DNA of 64,000 bases from NCBI GenBank assembly GCA_002633005.1, contig NMRA01000518.1:1-64000 (forward strand), in the 5' to 3' direction. A program made the position numbers and the translations under genes. Below, one piece after another: positions 27,099 to 41,102 of this stretch (the stretch's first letter is position 1; every line of letters begins with the position of its first letter). The notes under the pieces are model-generated. The model was not told the DNA's origin, did no database searches, and worked only from the letters and a program-made list of their open reading frames with translations. The DNA comes from Phoronis australis. Taxonomy: Eukaryota > Animalia > Phoronida.

Positions 27099-28827
27099 TG
27101 GTAAAAATTACTGAATTTAGGATAGTGAAAAAGTAAATATTTTGAACCTGTCCTAAATTTTAGAAATAGGCAATATTGGCCATTGGAAATTTGAGAAATA
27201 TGAGAAAGACGGCAAAATTGATGGTGTCCGAAATCTTAGAATTTATGTGGTCGGGTGCCGACAACGTTTCGATTTCTGGTTTTAAACTGTTTCAACAGCC
27301 GTGCAGATTTATGATCGTTAGTCTATTGCTGACAAGAAATTCTCACGATGTCCTCCAAAACATAAACAACGACGTTTGTTTCTGGGGCAGCGCGTGCGAC
27401 ATACGAATGAGTCACCTATCACTCAAGTAGACCTTGGCCAAACAGCGTTCCTGCCAACGAAATACCTGTAAATAAGGTTCCCGGGGGTCTTAGCTTGATT
27501 ACGTATCCGGGCGTTTATTTGACAATTATAGAACTGTTGCTTTATGTGACTGGGGTATATTCAATCAATAAAAGTTTGAAATTGTTCTTGTGAAACATAG
27601 CAGTAGGCCAGTTCACAATTTAACCGAGGTAGAACCTTCGTAGTTCAAAATGCAAAACACCACCACTCGCATGTGACTGTTCAAATAGCTGGCTACAAGT
27701 GCGCTAACATCTTTGATGCTAATTATGCTTTATAAAAGCGATTCTTTCTGATAATCTTGGCCCTTGCATTCCTGGTACTGCTGTTGCAATTTGAACTGTC
27801 GTATGTTCACTCCGGCCTGATAGCAGTGCCGTCATCTCGTGAAAAATTTCAATTTATTTTTTATGCATGTATGCGGATTTAGATCAATCTCCCCTACTGG
27901 GTCCAGGTTTCATTTTACAAATCACACGCCATGGGTCAAACGACCCGTGAAAGGGACTGGGGATGGGTGGAAATGGAGCAACTTTGACTAATGATTAAAA
28001 GGTTTGCACTCTGTTTAGGATGGCTTCAAAATTCTTAACCTTGGTAGGATAGAGTCCAAACATTGTGTGTAGAATACAAAATGGGCTAGTAAATAGAATG
28101 TCAGTAGGGAGACATAAAGATATAATTACAGCATGAACATTTTTTAATGTACACTGCACGACAAATTAGGACATGGATTTTACTCTTCACAAAGTTTGTT
28201 TAAACTTGACACTGAACAACATCGTTTCGGCGATTCGGGCGCAGGGCATAGCAAAGGTCATTGCATTGGAAGGAAGGTAAGTAGGCCGCAGGTTCGCAGA
28301 AAAAAATTAAAGCCGTGAACCTGGGATGTGACTTGGCAACACAATGGTCTCATCACCGGTGCTTTTTAATTAGCTGCTAATCCAAATACAGATCGTGACA
28401 CGGTGGCAATTAGTGGGAGAACATACATTTTATTTGCATAGTTAAACTGCCATAAGCGTGGCAAATATTTTGAGACTGTGACTACGACTGCAAAGAAACT
28501 GAGCGAGATATACACATCGATAACTATAGACAGTGACATCTGTCCATACATTACACCGGTGGCAGTTTTAAACGATGTGTATATAATCACCGTTACTTGA
28601 TGAACTTACAGATTTACATTCAACCCCCGATGGTGCGAAAAAGCACTCTGTCCGAAATGTGAGAAATACGGCCAATGCTGCTAAAATTGACTTGTCTCAG
28701 ACTTGAGAAATATGGTGGATGCAAAATGCGACTGTGTCCCGAATTTGAGAATAAAAAAATTCAGTTTGTGGTTGGATTTAGGTGTCCAAAATTCGGGAAA
28801 CTGTCCTAAATTCAGGAATTTTTACTG
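27099..28827. mobile_element. Non-autonomous Tc1/mariner(pogo)-type element, ~1.7 kb, TA flanks
   Basis: TA|TGGTAAAAATTACTGAATTTAGGATAGT and ACTGTCCTAAATTCAGGAATTTTTACTG|TA form a ~28-bp imperfect TIR. Subterminal GTCCGAAATTTGAGAA-like repeats lie near both ends. Confidence 0.65.
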
Positions 28828-31559
28828 TATATTTATAACAAAAGTGTAAATGCCAGTGTGCCATTGGTCTTGTAATAGTTCGCTAAATTCTGGCTTTTCA
28901 GACATGGGCTTAGATTTTAAACATGGCTCCAAGGTTTTCAAACATGGCTCAAGTTTTCCAAACATGGGTCGTAACTGTTCAACCACGATGCAACCCTGTG
29001 TTAGACTACTGGTTAGGGGGAACACAGCACTTGTCGGGCCATTGTTTCTTGCATTTATTTTGAAGTAGCAGAAAATGAAATTGTAAAGATACACTTTTTA
29101 CAAAATATTGGATGCAAGCTCGAGTTTGCTGTTCATAAAATCGAACAAAACTCCATCATTTGAAAATGAGCCGGAAATTTTTGCTGATTAATTTCTGTGT
29201 TTTTCCAGGAAAAAATATTAATTTTTTAAATACTCTGTACCAAACTCTTTCTTAGTCAGTGCCTGTAAACACACTTCTCAATACCATGACTGTGATAAAT
29301 ATAATACAATTTGTTCTGCGCTAGAAAAGTCTGGATACTTTTCTAGAAAATCCTGCAAAAATGCGGAATCCTGTTAGCGAAATTTGGTTAGAATCACACT
29401 GTTAAGAGTTTATGTAATTGAAGAATAGCTTGGACAATCATTAGGAATAAAGTAACCACGCCCGTTTCAACCAACCCAACAGATTTTATTGGTATTTTAT
29501 TGGCGTGGAAAATTTTTCCACAATATAATCCAATTTATGCCCAGTGACTTTGGTTTACTCTGACAGTGCATGAAAATAAATCAGACAAATTGGCCGCTAA
29601 TTGTAGCTTACCTAACAGCAAAACCATGGGCTGACGGGGGTTTGAGTGCACTTTTGATTAAAATCCCAGACATGCCTCAAATTCACCAGTCTCCTGCCAG
29701 CCTTGGAAGCCCTCTGGTTCTGCTGTTCAGAGTCTCACAAAGGAACTTGTGAAGTTTCCTCCAGCATTACAGATTAAAGTGGTTTTCAATGTATTCCCTA
29801 TGGGTCTAGGTAAGAGTTTGCCTTGCCCTTATATGTAAGTATTTCTGAGTTTTAGGGCAAGAAAAAGTGCTATTTTTCTTTTATCCTGAAATGGAGTTAT
29901 GGTTAATACAAAAAATGCTGTTAGTTATGAAATCCTGTTGTCACAAATATATTTGGTAAAAACTTCTTTTAGCACTTGCTGGAAAATACTTGAATTACTA
30001 ATTCATGAACCAAGAAGAAAACCTGCCGACTACTTCTTGCTTTGTAACTAAATTTGACATTTACCAGTTCTTTATGTCGCAAGAAATCACCTACACATCT
30101 ACAAGTTACATGTTTGTGTTTTTCAAAATCAAAGGATAGTCGCTAACTTTTATGTGCTGTGAACTTTTTCATTTTCTAGTGAGCTCACACTCCCGTCTGA
30201 AGTGATTATGGCAGTCCCTGATGCCAAAATGATCTGCTTAAACTTCTGTGGGCATTATTAACAATATGTTGAAGTTCTTCGAGTTTATGTGCTTAACCAA
30301 ATTTATTTTGTTGTTCAGAATCAAAGGAGATCCATTTTATGTGCTTTTGACTAAAACTGAGATTATGGAAAGACTTAACATGAAGTCCATACAAGAGATG
30401 TATTGGCTGTGATCCGTGATCAAGTTTCAGTCATTGGGGAGGTGTAACTCACCGATGGCATGACGCAACTCCACATTATTGGTGGATTAAACTGCAGCAG
30501 CTCCCCCTGCAGTGGGAAAGGTTAACTCCATTCTGATGGGAGAAATCGCATAACATATTCAATCGAGAGTACAAAATTGACTGTGCCATCTGGTGTTGAC
30601 TTCTAGAACTAGTTGTAGCCCCATTGTTTTGTTACTGGAGAGGAGTTATTTGGGAAAGGTATGAGGATTTGCGAAAGAGTTGCAATAGAGCTGCGATAGA
30701 GCGAGGTTTCACTTATGGGAAAACTACATCTGTGCCTTTCTTCTTCCACAACACTACTTTATCTCTTGCCCTGTATGTCCTGTGGCAAACATCTGCTGTG
30801 TTGCTAAGTAGCTGTAATTAGCCAGGTTTTTGCTTTCCTCCTCTGCTTGAGATAGCTACCTTGTTGTTTCTGTGGTTTCCTAGAAAGGGCACTATGTGGG
30901 CGATATATCGTGCTGCTGGCTTTGGGATCTTCACAACACTGACACATTCTGTTTATGTGACACTTTGATTTTGGTCTTGGTGATTGGTCTTTTCCAAGGA
31001 TTCCAGACTTAGACATCATGCACTTCAACGATTTTCATTGTGGCCAACTGTTGTTCATGATCTTTCTTGTCTTGTCTAGTGCCATATATAGTGTTGTTTG
31101 TTTATAAAAGATATTTGCTTTGATTTTGCCTGCTAAGACTTCTGTTTTGAAACCTGCCCACGCATGAACATTTGTTGTTAGTTGAGTTAAGAAATTTAAT
31201 TTTCCCTAAGCAAATTGAGTTTCCCGATTCTGTTTAACCTCCGTGGAACATTTTTGTGGTTGGATCTTAATTTTGGTCAAAGTTTGAATAGACCATTTTA
31301 AGTTTTTTTTTGTCATGTAGTGTTTTATTTTTGCTTAACAGTTTGTTAGGTGTTAAACTTGCTCTAATTTGGTGTTTGGTGTTCTTACATCCCAATATTC
31401 CACATACACCAAGAACTTTTTGTCAATTTTGTCTTGCACTGGCCAAACAATTTTGTTGCTATACACTCATGTAGGTATGTAAAATCTCCCCAAGTTCAGA
31501 CTTAAATAATTGTGAGAACTGGTCTGTTTTCATTTTAAGGAGTTTAACTTTGTTATGAA

Positions 31560-31730
31560 TGCCCACAATTTTTCAAAACATCATCTGGTGACAACCATGG
31601 TACTGGACGTTGGATATGGAAAACCATTTATTTTGGTGCTACACATTTTTCATGAAAAAATCAGAAAATTAAACCTCACTTGTCAGCCATATTGTGTCCT
31701 AAATTGGGGTGATTTACTATTATAGTTTCT
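31560..31730. repeat. Dispersed repeat family; inverted copy at ~40460-40620, partial copy at ~11085-11145
   Basis: Shared TCAAAACATC..., TTTCATRGAAAAAA and CYTGTCAGCCATATTGT blocks. Confidence 0.55.
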
Positions 31731-32154
31731 GGCATGGTTTAAGTATTTGGGTGTGTAACATTTGTTGCCAGTTAATGAGAAGGTGACTCTGTTTACGGTG
31801 AGGTCAAAGGATTCTGAAATTAGCTTTGGTACCTAGACTAGTCCCTGTGCTGATTTCAGTTGCACTACTACAGATCTGTGTTGGTATTGTGCAGTTTTTA
31901 TGTGCTAATCATTAAGATGAACATGTTGAAGGCATCTGTAATCAAGCTTTCAAAATATTGTTTTTGTTTCATGGGTGTGCATCGGGCACTTTCACACCCT
32001 CTCTTGGAGGCCTGCATGAGAACCCCCTTGGACATTTTTAAATGGCTTTTCCTAGACGTTAACATTACTTGTTTTAGTGGCTATTCTAAGTCTCACTTAC
32101 CATATTGTTATTGCAGGTGACATTTAGAGTTAATTATGAAGATATCTTTTTCAG

Positions 32155-32234
32155 GCGGAGGTGGCCACAATACAATGACGTATCGGGTACTATGCGTCTG
32201 CCTTCTGTCACTGGCACTCACATTAGCGCAGTCG
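32155..32234 (+). CDS. PAPLN: Papilin-like exon: signal peptide (GGGHNTMTYRVLCVCLLSLALTLAQS)
   Basis: TTTTTCAG acceptor, GTGAGT donor and a hydrophobic signal peptide. Phase 0 joins the next exon. Confidence 0.8.
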
Positions 32235-32476
32235 GTGAGTTACGATTTCTGTCATAAAAAGCTTGGCTTGACACTTTCTATACTAGCTGTTGTGCTGTTC
32301 CTTGATGATCATCCTTTATGTCAATTAGGATATGTAGAAAATGTCCAATTTTGGAACATCTTACATCAGAAGTGTCTTATTGGATTCACATGATACTTGT
32401 CAGTACCGTGCTTTATGCATTGTTCTCTAGAACCCTGTTACCAATTGTTTTAAAAGTTTCCAGTTAAGCGTGAGAG

Positions 32477-32966
32477 CAGGCCTTTATCCAGGATTTCGAA
32501 AATAGGGTGTCCAAAATGGGGTTCCCCATATTCCAGGACGTCCATGATTCCGACGCGTAACCCCCCACCCCTAGCAATCCCCCCAAACACGCACATTTTT
32601 TTTACAAAAAATGCGTAGACCAAGGTTTCTACATCTAAGTTTACAAAACAGCCTTCTGTAGTGAGCATTTTTATTAAAAAAACTGTGGAGACCAAGACTT
32701 TTACAATGTTATCAACCAAGTGTGAGCATAGCAACATTGTATATACTTTGTATATACATTGTATTTTCTTCCTGCTTTGAAAAAAGAGCCACCACTGTGA
32801 GTCTTCATGGGCTTCCTTGTGATCATTACAATGTGTGTGTCCAAACTTGAAAGGTTCCTATTGATAGGGGCATCCAAATGATACATTGGGCGTCCTTTCT
32901 AAGGCGTCCACATTAGTGCTCAGGTGTCCATTTGGTCGCCCAGGACGTACGCTGCATGAAGGCCTG
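32477..32966. mobile_element. hAT-type MITE, 490 bp
   Basis: TIR CAGGCCTTTATCCAG / CTGCATGAAGGCCTG, with a perfect 8-bp TSD CGTGAGAG at 32469-32476 and 32967-32974. Confidence 0.9.
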
Positions 32967-33317
32967 CGTGAGAGGCTATAAAAGTTGGACCTTTGCGTAT
33001 AAAACGAAGAGTAACAGAATAACTTAGAAAGCAGTTGCAGCGTTTTTGAGATTTCATCTTGAACACTTAGATCAAACGAATCGTGGTTATGTCATTGAAA
33101 CCGTTGTTTTGCTACATATATGTACCTATCTTTTTGATAATTTTACAAAAAGGACTTGACCCAATTAATGACAGACGAATATAAAGACAAAAATCAAATC
33201 ATACAGGCTCTTTAGCTTCAGAAAATATATAATTATACATTTATTGACTTCAATCTATACATTTGTTGATATTTTGGCTAGAGAGCTGTTGTCGATAATG
33301 TCCGACACACACCTTAG

Positions 33318-33421
33318 TTGTGCTGATGGTGACAGTATTGCCTATTGTGCTGATGGTGACAGTATTGCCTATTGTGCTGATGGTGACAGTATTGCCTATT
33401 GTGCTGATGGTGACAGTATTG
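33318..33421. repeat. 27-bp minisatellite x~4
   Basis: TTGTGCTGATGGTGACAGTATTGCCTA repeated perfectly. Confidence 0.95.
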
Positions 33422-35787
33422 ATAATTGTCTTGATGATGTGTTAATAGAACTTATTCTAACAAAATTTTCAAACTTCAATGAAAATATTGTGGCATAATG
33501 TCCCCTAACACTTGGAACTCACCAAACGTTTGCACTCATGACCAAATTCTGAGCTTTCTGATGTTTTACCGACTTTGGCAACCAGTGTACACCAGCATAC
33601 TTTTTACTTGGCGAAATAAATTTTGCCAAGTATGTTGCTCTTCCACGAAGTTTTTTTTGTTTGTTCGCATGATACAGGTCGCAAGTTTCGTCCAATCATC
33701 ACGAAATTTACACATAACAGGTACTTCCGGAAGTACTGGAAACCGTCAAAATCGGATCCAAGATGGCGGCTGTGTTTTGAAATGTCTACCAAACTGGAGT
33801 ATGGAAACAAAACATTAGCCCATTTGCAAGAGTGTAGACCTCACTTTGCACTTTACATGAGCTGGGGTCCCCTGACTTGTGTGATCTGTGGCAGTCTCAA
33901 AGTTCTAGGGGGCGCTTTTGTCAATTACTCTACACAAGCCATCAGTCTTTGTGATCTCTTGCTGTTGCTGATGCCAAAAATTCTCAATGCATAAAGGCTT
34001 GGTAGCAATTTGTCCCAATAAAAGCTTGAAATTTGCTGTGACTTATAAACATCTCTTAGTATTTATTGACTCTGAACCAAGGTCTGATCCCTACAAAAAA
34101 CATGCGAAATTGCCACTGTTTACTTTGGATCCAGTCGCCAACTCCTCTGATGGGGGTTATCCTCCAACTAAAATGTTTTTGTCAGATGTGCTTTTTTAGT
34201 CAGAAGTAGCCTCTTGGAGTTTACTTACGGAGATTGCTTATGAAGAAAGTGTAAGCCATCACATGCTTTTTCCACTGTAGTGAAAAAACTTAACCTAAGT
34301 CAGTTTAGTTTCTCAGTGAAAAGCCATCACCTTAAGTTTTCTCGGATTTTAATATTCCAATTAAAGGATTTCTTTCTGAAAGCCAATTGAAACGAAATTC
34401 TTTCACCTAAAGCGAGCACCACTGTTTGAGCTAAAACAATAAAAATTTAATGTAAGCGTATGGGGTGGGAGTATGGGGTGGGAGTATGAGAACCACTTGA
34501 TACTCATACAGTAGAAGAAACTGGTTCTCAAAATGCTGACCCATTTATTTCATTATTACTAAAATATAATACAGATTAGCATTTGGTTTAACAACTGCAT
34601 GGGTAAAGTTGTTCTTCAGTACAAAAAGCCATGAATGTACATGTGCTAGGCTACTCAGTGTCTGGCTATTTCGCTGACCATTAGAATAATTTGAGTTAAT
34701 GATAAAACCTTACTGTTCTAATGAGGCATGGAGTTCCTGTCAGTAAGTAAAGGAGCAGTTAGGTAGTGTGTACTCAGGAATTGCAACTATTTACACCTGT
34801 TCAACAGGATGTTTTACAACAAAGGTAACCTGGCCTTCAGGTTAATTGGTGACCTGAAATCTTTTCAACTTCATAAATTTTGTAAACTGCCTTTATCTTT
34901 CTCTAAAATTGATATGCATGCCCATGTGTAAAGTGGAAGAGAATATACCAGTTTGTTGTGACTCCTCAGTGAGCCAGTTTCTGCACATGTTGATTTTGTT
35001 AAGGTATCTTCAGTAAATGTTGTGTCAAGAAAGTATAGTTGGAGGTGCCGTATTTTTTAGTTGCTCACATTTAAGAAAGTGCACCTGAGTGGAGCAAAAA
35101 TGATCTGTGATTTTTACTGATAGCCTGGCAAATCAAGCTGTTCCAAACCTTGCATACCCTTTCTTATGTGCCTTTGTGCAGCTTTTCAAAGCAGAACAAG
35201 ACCTTGGGTGGAATTGGTGTGGGTGGGCAGTTTTTGTAGTTGGTGAGCGCAGGTATCCAAGTAAATTGGGGAGGGGGGGGTTGTTAAGTTGTGGTGACAT
35301 TTAATGTTTGATATAGAGAGATTGGTGGGAAGGTTGGGCACAGTGTAGGGATTTAGAGATGGAAAACGTTTTGTAATACCACGCTTAAGTTGCCATTACG
35401 GTATTTCGTTACTATTGTGTGAAAAAATTATAACCAAAATTGTTGTTTTTCTATTTTTAGGACTAATTGCATTGCTGCAAATGTAGGAAACTGTGCCAAA
35501 TATTGAATATATAATTGTGCTGTTATTAATCAGCATATATGGTGCAAGTAAAAATTATTAGTTCAATAATATGCTTAATATATCAAATGTTGTTTTTGAT
35601 GACAGCTGCATGTTACAAATTGAGCTAACAGAGACTTAAGTTTTCTAAATAGCTTTATTTGTTAGAAAAGTTAACAAAATACAATTTATCGTATTGTGCG
35701 CCAAATAAGTGAAGCATTGCTGAAGTGACTAGTTCTCAATCTAGAATTTGTTTGGTTGACACACAGTTTTTGTTCTCTTCATCACAG

Positions 35788-35921
35788 GAGGATGTACCGA
35801 ATGGCAACAGTACAGATGACTCTGTAGTGGGAAGGTGGGGTGAGTGGGGCGAGCCCACTGACTGCTCAAGGTCATGTGGGGGAGGAGTATCATTCCAAGA
35901 ACGAGTTTGTGATACGGACAG
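35788..35921 (+). CDS. PAPLN: Papilin-like exon: TSP1 repeat 1, N-terminal part
   Basis: WGEWGEPTDCSRSCGGGVSFQERVC; CAG acceptor, phase 0 in and phase 2 out. Confidence 0.92.
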
Positions 35922-36569
35922 GTAGTGCATTATGTAACTAATAAGCACTCTGAGAGTTAATGTTCTTCCAAGTAACAAATTCTCCCCCATAATGTAAACA
36001 TGATAGCACATATCAAGCTCAAAAAATCTCTTATTATTGAAAATTGGCAAATTTTTAGAGTCAAATAGTTTGGTCATACTTCAAATGATTTTGTGTAAAT
36101 TTTGGTCTAGGTTCTTTTTGGTTTTTGGCTACTGTTAGAGAGCTGAATGAAGTCTCAAAGTAGATTTCCCCTGCACTGTTGATGATGGCTGAATGCATAT
36201 GAATGTCCAGGTACTGAAATATTAATTGTGTATTAAGTGTGCGACTTCAAGCGAAGATGGGGAGGGGGGTCTTGTCACTTTTGCATAGCTACAGTGAAGG
36301 AATCCCAAACACCCGCTAGGTTAGTCCCTTGGACAAAATCATTTGCAGCTGATCCTGTTACAAATCCAAATCATATTGTGTTGATGCCACCAGAGGCAGT
36401 GTTTCTACTGTTAATGAGGAGGTGTGGGATCAAACTGATAGGTTAATAGCCCGTTTCAAACTCCTATAGTGGAATTTCGTCAGAATCTGTCCCAAATCTT
36501 CTAAGTTTGACTAGATGTAAACTTAGTGATCATACACCTGCCGTAACCTAATATTTGTGTTATTTTCAG

Positions 36570-36618
36570 TGGAAATTGTGTTGGTGAGAGTAAACGATAT
36601 ATGTCCTGTAATATCCAG
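36570..36618 (+). CDS. PAPLN: Papilin-like exon: TSP1 repeat 1, C-terminal part (GNCVGESKRYMSCNIQ)
   Basis: TTTTCAG acceptor and GTGAGT donor, phase 2 in and 0 out. The donor is duplicated 33 nt downstream. Confidence 0.9.
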
Positions 36619-38488
36619 GTGAGTAAACGATATATGTCCTGTAATATCCAGGTGAGTGTTTCATTGTAATTAAAGGTTTTACATTGTCTTTTTTATCTGC
36701 TTTCCAAACATTGATATTTTGCCATATGATCTTGTTTATTGAATATTAGAGACTGCCTACGCTGTGAATTTTCAACTCATGTGTTTGGGGAAAGTTGCGA
36801 GGGACGAATTAGCGCCGCCTTTCACATTAGCGGGATTATTCGCTAATGGGATTTGATGTACGCTGGGGTTTAACTGAGGCATTTACGTCAGATTTCATCT
36901 CGAACATTTATATCAAGCGAAATTTTGACACGTTATTGATACTGTTTCTGGGGATGTGGCTTTCTTTTTCACTAATTGTTGCTACAAAATACATGGTCAC
37001 GTGATTCAATTGATAGATGATTGGTATAAAGTCAATCATCGTATGCTACAGGCTTTCTACTTTCACCAAATATATATATACCTTTACTGAGATAAAATGT
37101 ATAGTTTTGTAGATATTTGGCTAAATAAACAGACTGGTGAATAAGTTACTACATAACCTTAAAATGGCTGAGCTTGGCTTGTATTAATTAATATATCTTG
37201 GCAAGTTTTAAACTATCTATGAATTCATCATCACAATCAAAGTTTGGTTGACATCACTTACAGTTACACAATTGTTCTCAAGTTCATCAGTCAAACTGGA
37301 GGCCATGGTCTCAAGGAATGACGAACTGTCATCTTTGCAAACCATGAAAACCCTTCTTGACTGTGTAAAGTGCCGTCAACGCACAGTCTTACCCCAGAAC
37401 AAGTCACTCCTGAAATGAGTTGTTGCTGGGATTGAGTGTAGTCTGGACACTATTTAAATTAGCGCACTTACCGCACTTGTGACAACTTATTCCACATTAT
37501 TGAGGTGGGGTAAGTTGCACCAGTTGTAATCGCTGTGTGGCCGCAAAAGTGGGGTGGGGCGCAAGTAATTATCAACTGAGGTTACATAAAGACGGGTTAT
37601 CTTTTGTGCACCATTCTCGCTATAAATGTTCATTGTCAGTCACGCACTGAGCATGCACCCCGATTGCAGGCATTTCTATGGGCAGGGGCCTGTTTGAACT
37701 AGCATCGCCTAGTGAATTCTTAGTTCCCCACTTCAGTTTGTCTCCTAACCATGGAAAAACTAAGTTGAGCTGTGCAATTCTCATCTAATAGGCGATATTG
37801 AAACATGTACTTTTAAAGCAGTTGTCTCGCCTGATTTACCATATTTTATAATGCCCTTGATGTAAGTGATTCCCAGGTGTTTTAGTGCATGGTGAGGTTT
37901 GTTTTACCAATGGGCGCTCCATGGATTGCTGTAACAACATTGCAACATACGCCCTAGGCTATTTCAATCCCTCAATTTACACATATGGTTTTGGTAATGT
38001 TAATCCACACTGGAAGGATAAACTATTACCGCATATTTCATATTTCAAGGCATGCTCTAATTCATATCGTAACCCTTAATGGATGTCCAAACTTTTTTTG
38101 CCATTTTTGTATTCTTTGGTTATAATGACTAGTGGCTCACATATATTTCACATTTCAAGAAATGCATATTGTGCTAATACTTACAGTCTGTATGGAGTAC
38201 TTGTGGCCATTATTTTGTTTCTAACAAAGGAAAATTCAAGTTTGTGAACGTGAAGGGTAATTGTCGAGACTAATAAAGATATTTAGTATGTATTGAACAT
38301 CTCAAGGTAGAGATATATGAATACTTCAAAATTGAAAAATACATTTTTGCCAAAAATTGTGTACTTTTGAAATTTCATAAGAGACGGTCTCCTATGGTTC
38401 TTTTGTTTCGTTGACTGGGGTTACAACTAAGATTTTAGGCCCGCCGGAGTGAATGAGTGTATGAATGTGTATATTCCCTTTAAATTTA

Positions 38489-39288
38489 CTATATGTCTCG
38501 CGCTACTTATGGATGAATAATTGTTTAAAAAAAGATATTTAGTAATTAAGAAATGAAACTAATATTAATGTTTTTTTTAAATAGTGCCTTTTTGTACCTA
38601 GTCAAAAAAAGGAAATTCCAATTTTATTTGTTGCTTCGAAAGAAATCTAGACTTTTCTAGATACCAAAGTGTAATAGGTAATTGTTCACTGAATTTTAAT
38701 GGGACTGTCATGAACCAGCCTGTGACCCTTGTCAAAAAACAACCAAGACAATGAAGTAGTACAGCCGACTTGGGAATCTTGTGTTGTATCATAACTTATT
38801 TCGATTCAAACAAAGGATTAGAATGTGATGATTTTGCTTTGAAAGAGCCTGTGAAAAAACTTGGCTTTGTGACACCAGAAGAGGGTTTATAATAGCTTTA
38901 ACCAAGTGTGTCCGAATACGTCAGTGCATTTGATCCTGATCACTTTTAGTCAGCAATCACAAAGGCACAAAGGATTCCTTGATATCTTTCATCGTTTATC
39001 CCATGTTTTGCACTACATATCTACAGGAATGTTATGTCAAGTGAGTTCAAGCAGTCAACAAATTGGCCATGTACACAAGTCTGTTGTATCTGCTTACATC
39101 TCACTGCATATGAACTGTGACTGCTGTACTTGTGAAACTTGCCTTGGTCAAAATATGTAAGCCAAGTTTGGTGCAATAGAGTATAGGTCTTTGAGTTTAG
39201 TTTTTTGATTCATTGGTGGAATGCTTACAAATATCCAAAAACTGTATGATAGGTAAATCCGAAAACTTTTATGGCGCGAGACATATGG
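38489..39288. mobile_element. Probable old TA-flanked MITE
   Basis: TA|CTATATGTCTCGCGC and GCGCGAGACATATGG|TA are inverted termini about 800 bp apart. Confidence 0.45.
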
Positions 39289-39599
39289 TAAATGAATGTA
39301 ACTTTTAACTGTCTAGAGATGGGATTCCAATCCAGTATAACCTACATTCTGGGCTCTGGTTTATAACCCAGTAAAGGGATGTATGTCAGTGTCTCACCCA
39401 CCATTCTACTTCACTTGTGGTTCATCACAGTGGCTCATAATTACTTGCATTGCCTTTGAGACAGGACATGCTCTCATTGATGTCCTAGTAATGAGAAACA
39501 GCTGACCACCTGTGCTGTTAAGTTGTTTGATCTTGGTTCCATGGTGTTCAACTATGCCATATTCTCCTAAACCAAAGCTAAAATGATAGGCGTTGTCGG

Positions 39600-39910
39600 T
39601 TATGTAGGATCCTAGAAAAATAGGTAATAGAAAAAATATGTAATAGTCACATTGGTCCCCTCATTTTGAGAACCAGTTATGTCCACTGAATAACAGATGT
39701 GAAACTGGTGATAAAAATCCGGTAACCTTGTAAGTAGCAATTGCCAAAAAATGTCCAGATTTGGTTAATTTCAGAGCATGATAGCTCAGAAATGGCTGAG
39801 CGAATTTGTCTGCAAACTTTCAGATACTATGTTTTATATGCACCGTTCTCTAAAACATTCTGGTGTCAGGAATTGTTTTAAGTGATTCAATTTTGCATGA
39901 GGAACTATAA
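39600..39910. repeat. Dispersed repeat; second copy at ~51097-51270
   Basis: Shared TTATGTAGGAYCCTA, CTCAGAAA, AAACTTTCAGATAC, ATGCACYGTTCTC and AGGAATTGTTTT blocks in the same order. Confidence 0.6.
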
Positions 39911-41102
39911 AAAATCAACAATAATCCCCAAAATGCATTTTCAGCCGTAAAGCCAATTATACTCCTGTATGGCTCTTCCCAGTGTACTTTTTGTATGCTT
40001 CTGATAATATTGAAAATTAGGGCGATCTCGCATAGTAAAGAACTTAAATTATGATGATCCTGTGAACTGTAATACTGAACTTAAAATGTTTTCCTAATGC
40101 TATTGCAGTTTTTTCAAATGACTAAACCAAAAATTGACAGTCTCATTAGATTATTTATTTATTGATATATACATTGACATTGTTTTTCAAATATACATTC
40201 TCTCTGCAGCTAGGGCATTAAGGGGTTTGAACTACAAACAGTTTATGTGTTAAAACAACCAGCACCCCTGTGCACCCACTTAGTCAGGCTTATTTATCTT
40301 AGCCACTGTTTTGCTATTGTTTAAAGTAAACTAACCATCTGTCCACAAGTTCAGTTAGTGGTCCAGTAAACCACAGCCAGCTATGACAATAGCGCATATC
40401 TTTTGTCACGCTGTACCATTTTTTCTCTTTCCATGACGTTTTTTAGTAAAATACATGACTCCTGTTAACTACAGTAAAATTCATCAATTTAGTGGACAAT
40501 ATGGCTGACGAGGGAAAATGTATTTTATCTTTTTTCTATGAAAGATATGTGGCATCAAGCTAGCTCTGTTCATGTTCAACTTTTGTGTCATAGCTGCCAT
40601 CAGATGTTTTGAGACGTTTGATCATTCACATCAATGTTAGAAACACTTGAAAAATGAAAAAAATCAACGTTTGCAATTGTTTTTTCAGAAATTGATGAAT
40701 TTTGCCCATATACATACACATACACGTGTAACAAATACAAATGTTTAATTAATACTGAAAGGAAATGTGTCATATCGTAATTCTGAGAATCAAATTAACT
40801 AATTATAAAATCTTGGTGAAGAAGATAAGTTTTAAAAATTGCAGGACATCATCAAATAGATGGTTGGTTTCCCCAGCTTTTTAAAGAAGGCTTTCGAATA
40901 ATTTGAAATAATTATGTCATTTGTTCCTACCCATAATTGATCTTACCTATAGATTGCAACACTTTTCAAAGTGATGGTTCAGTGTTTCAAGGCACATACC
41001 AAATGATGTTTTTGTCTTGTTACATGGTTTGATGTTTTTGTCAGTGGACACAATCAACAAATACTGCCGTCTGTATTCTTCCTCAAATTTCATATCTTTC
41101 AG

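Noticed and set aside
33244-33498. ORF with (CADGDSIAY)x4, superficially like the lagrin CCADG repeats
   Set aside because: Perfect 27-bp minisatellite with no convincing splice sites and no CC/GC lagrin pattern.
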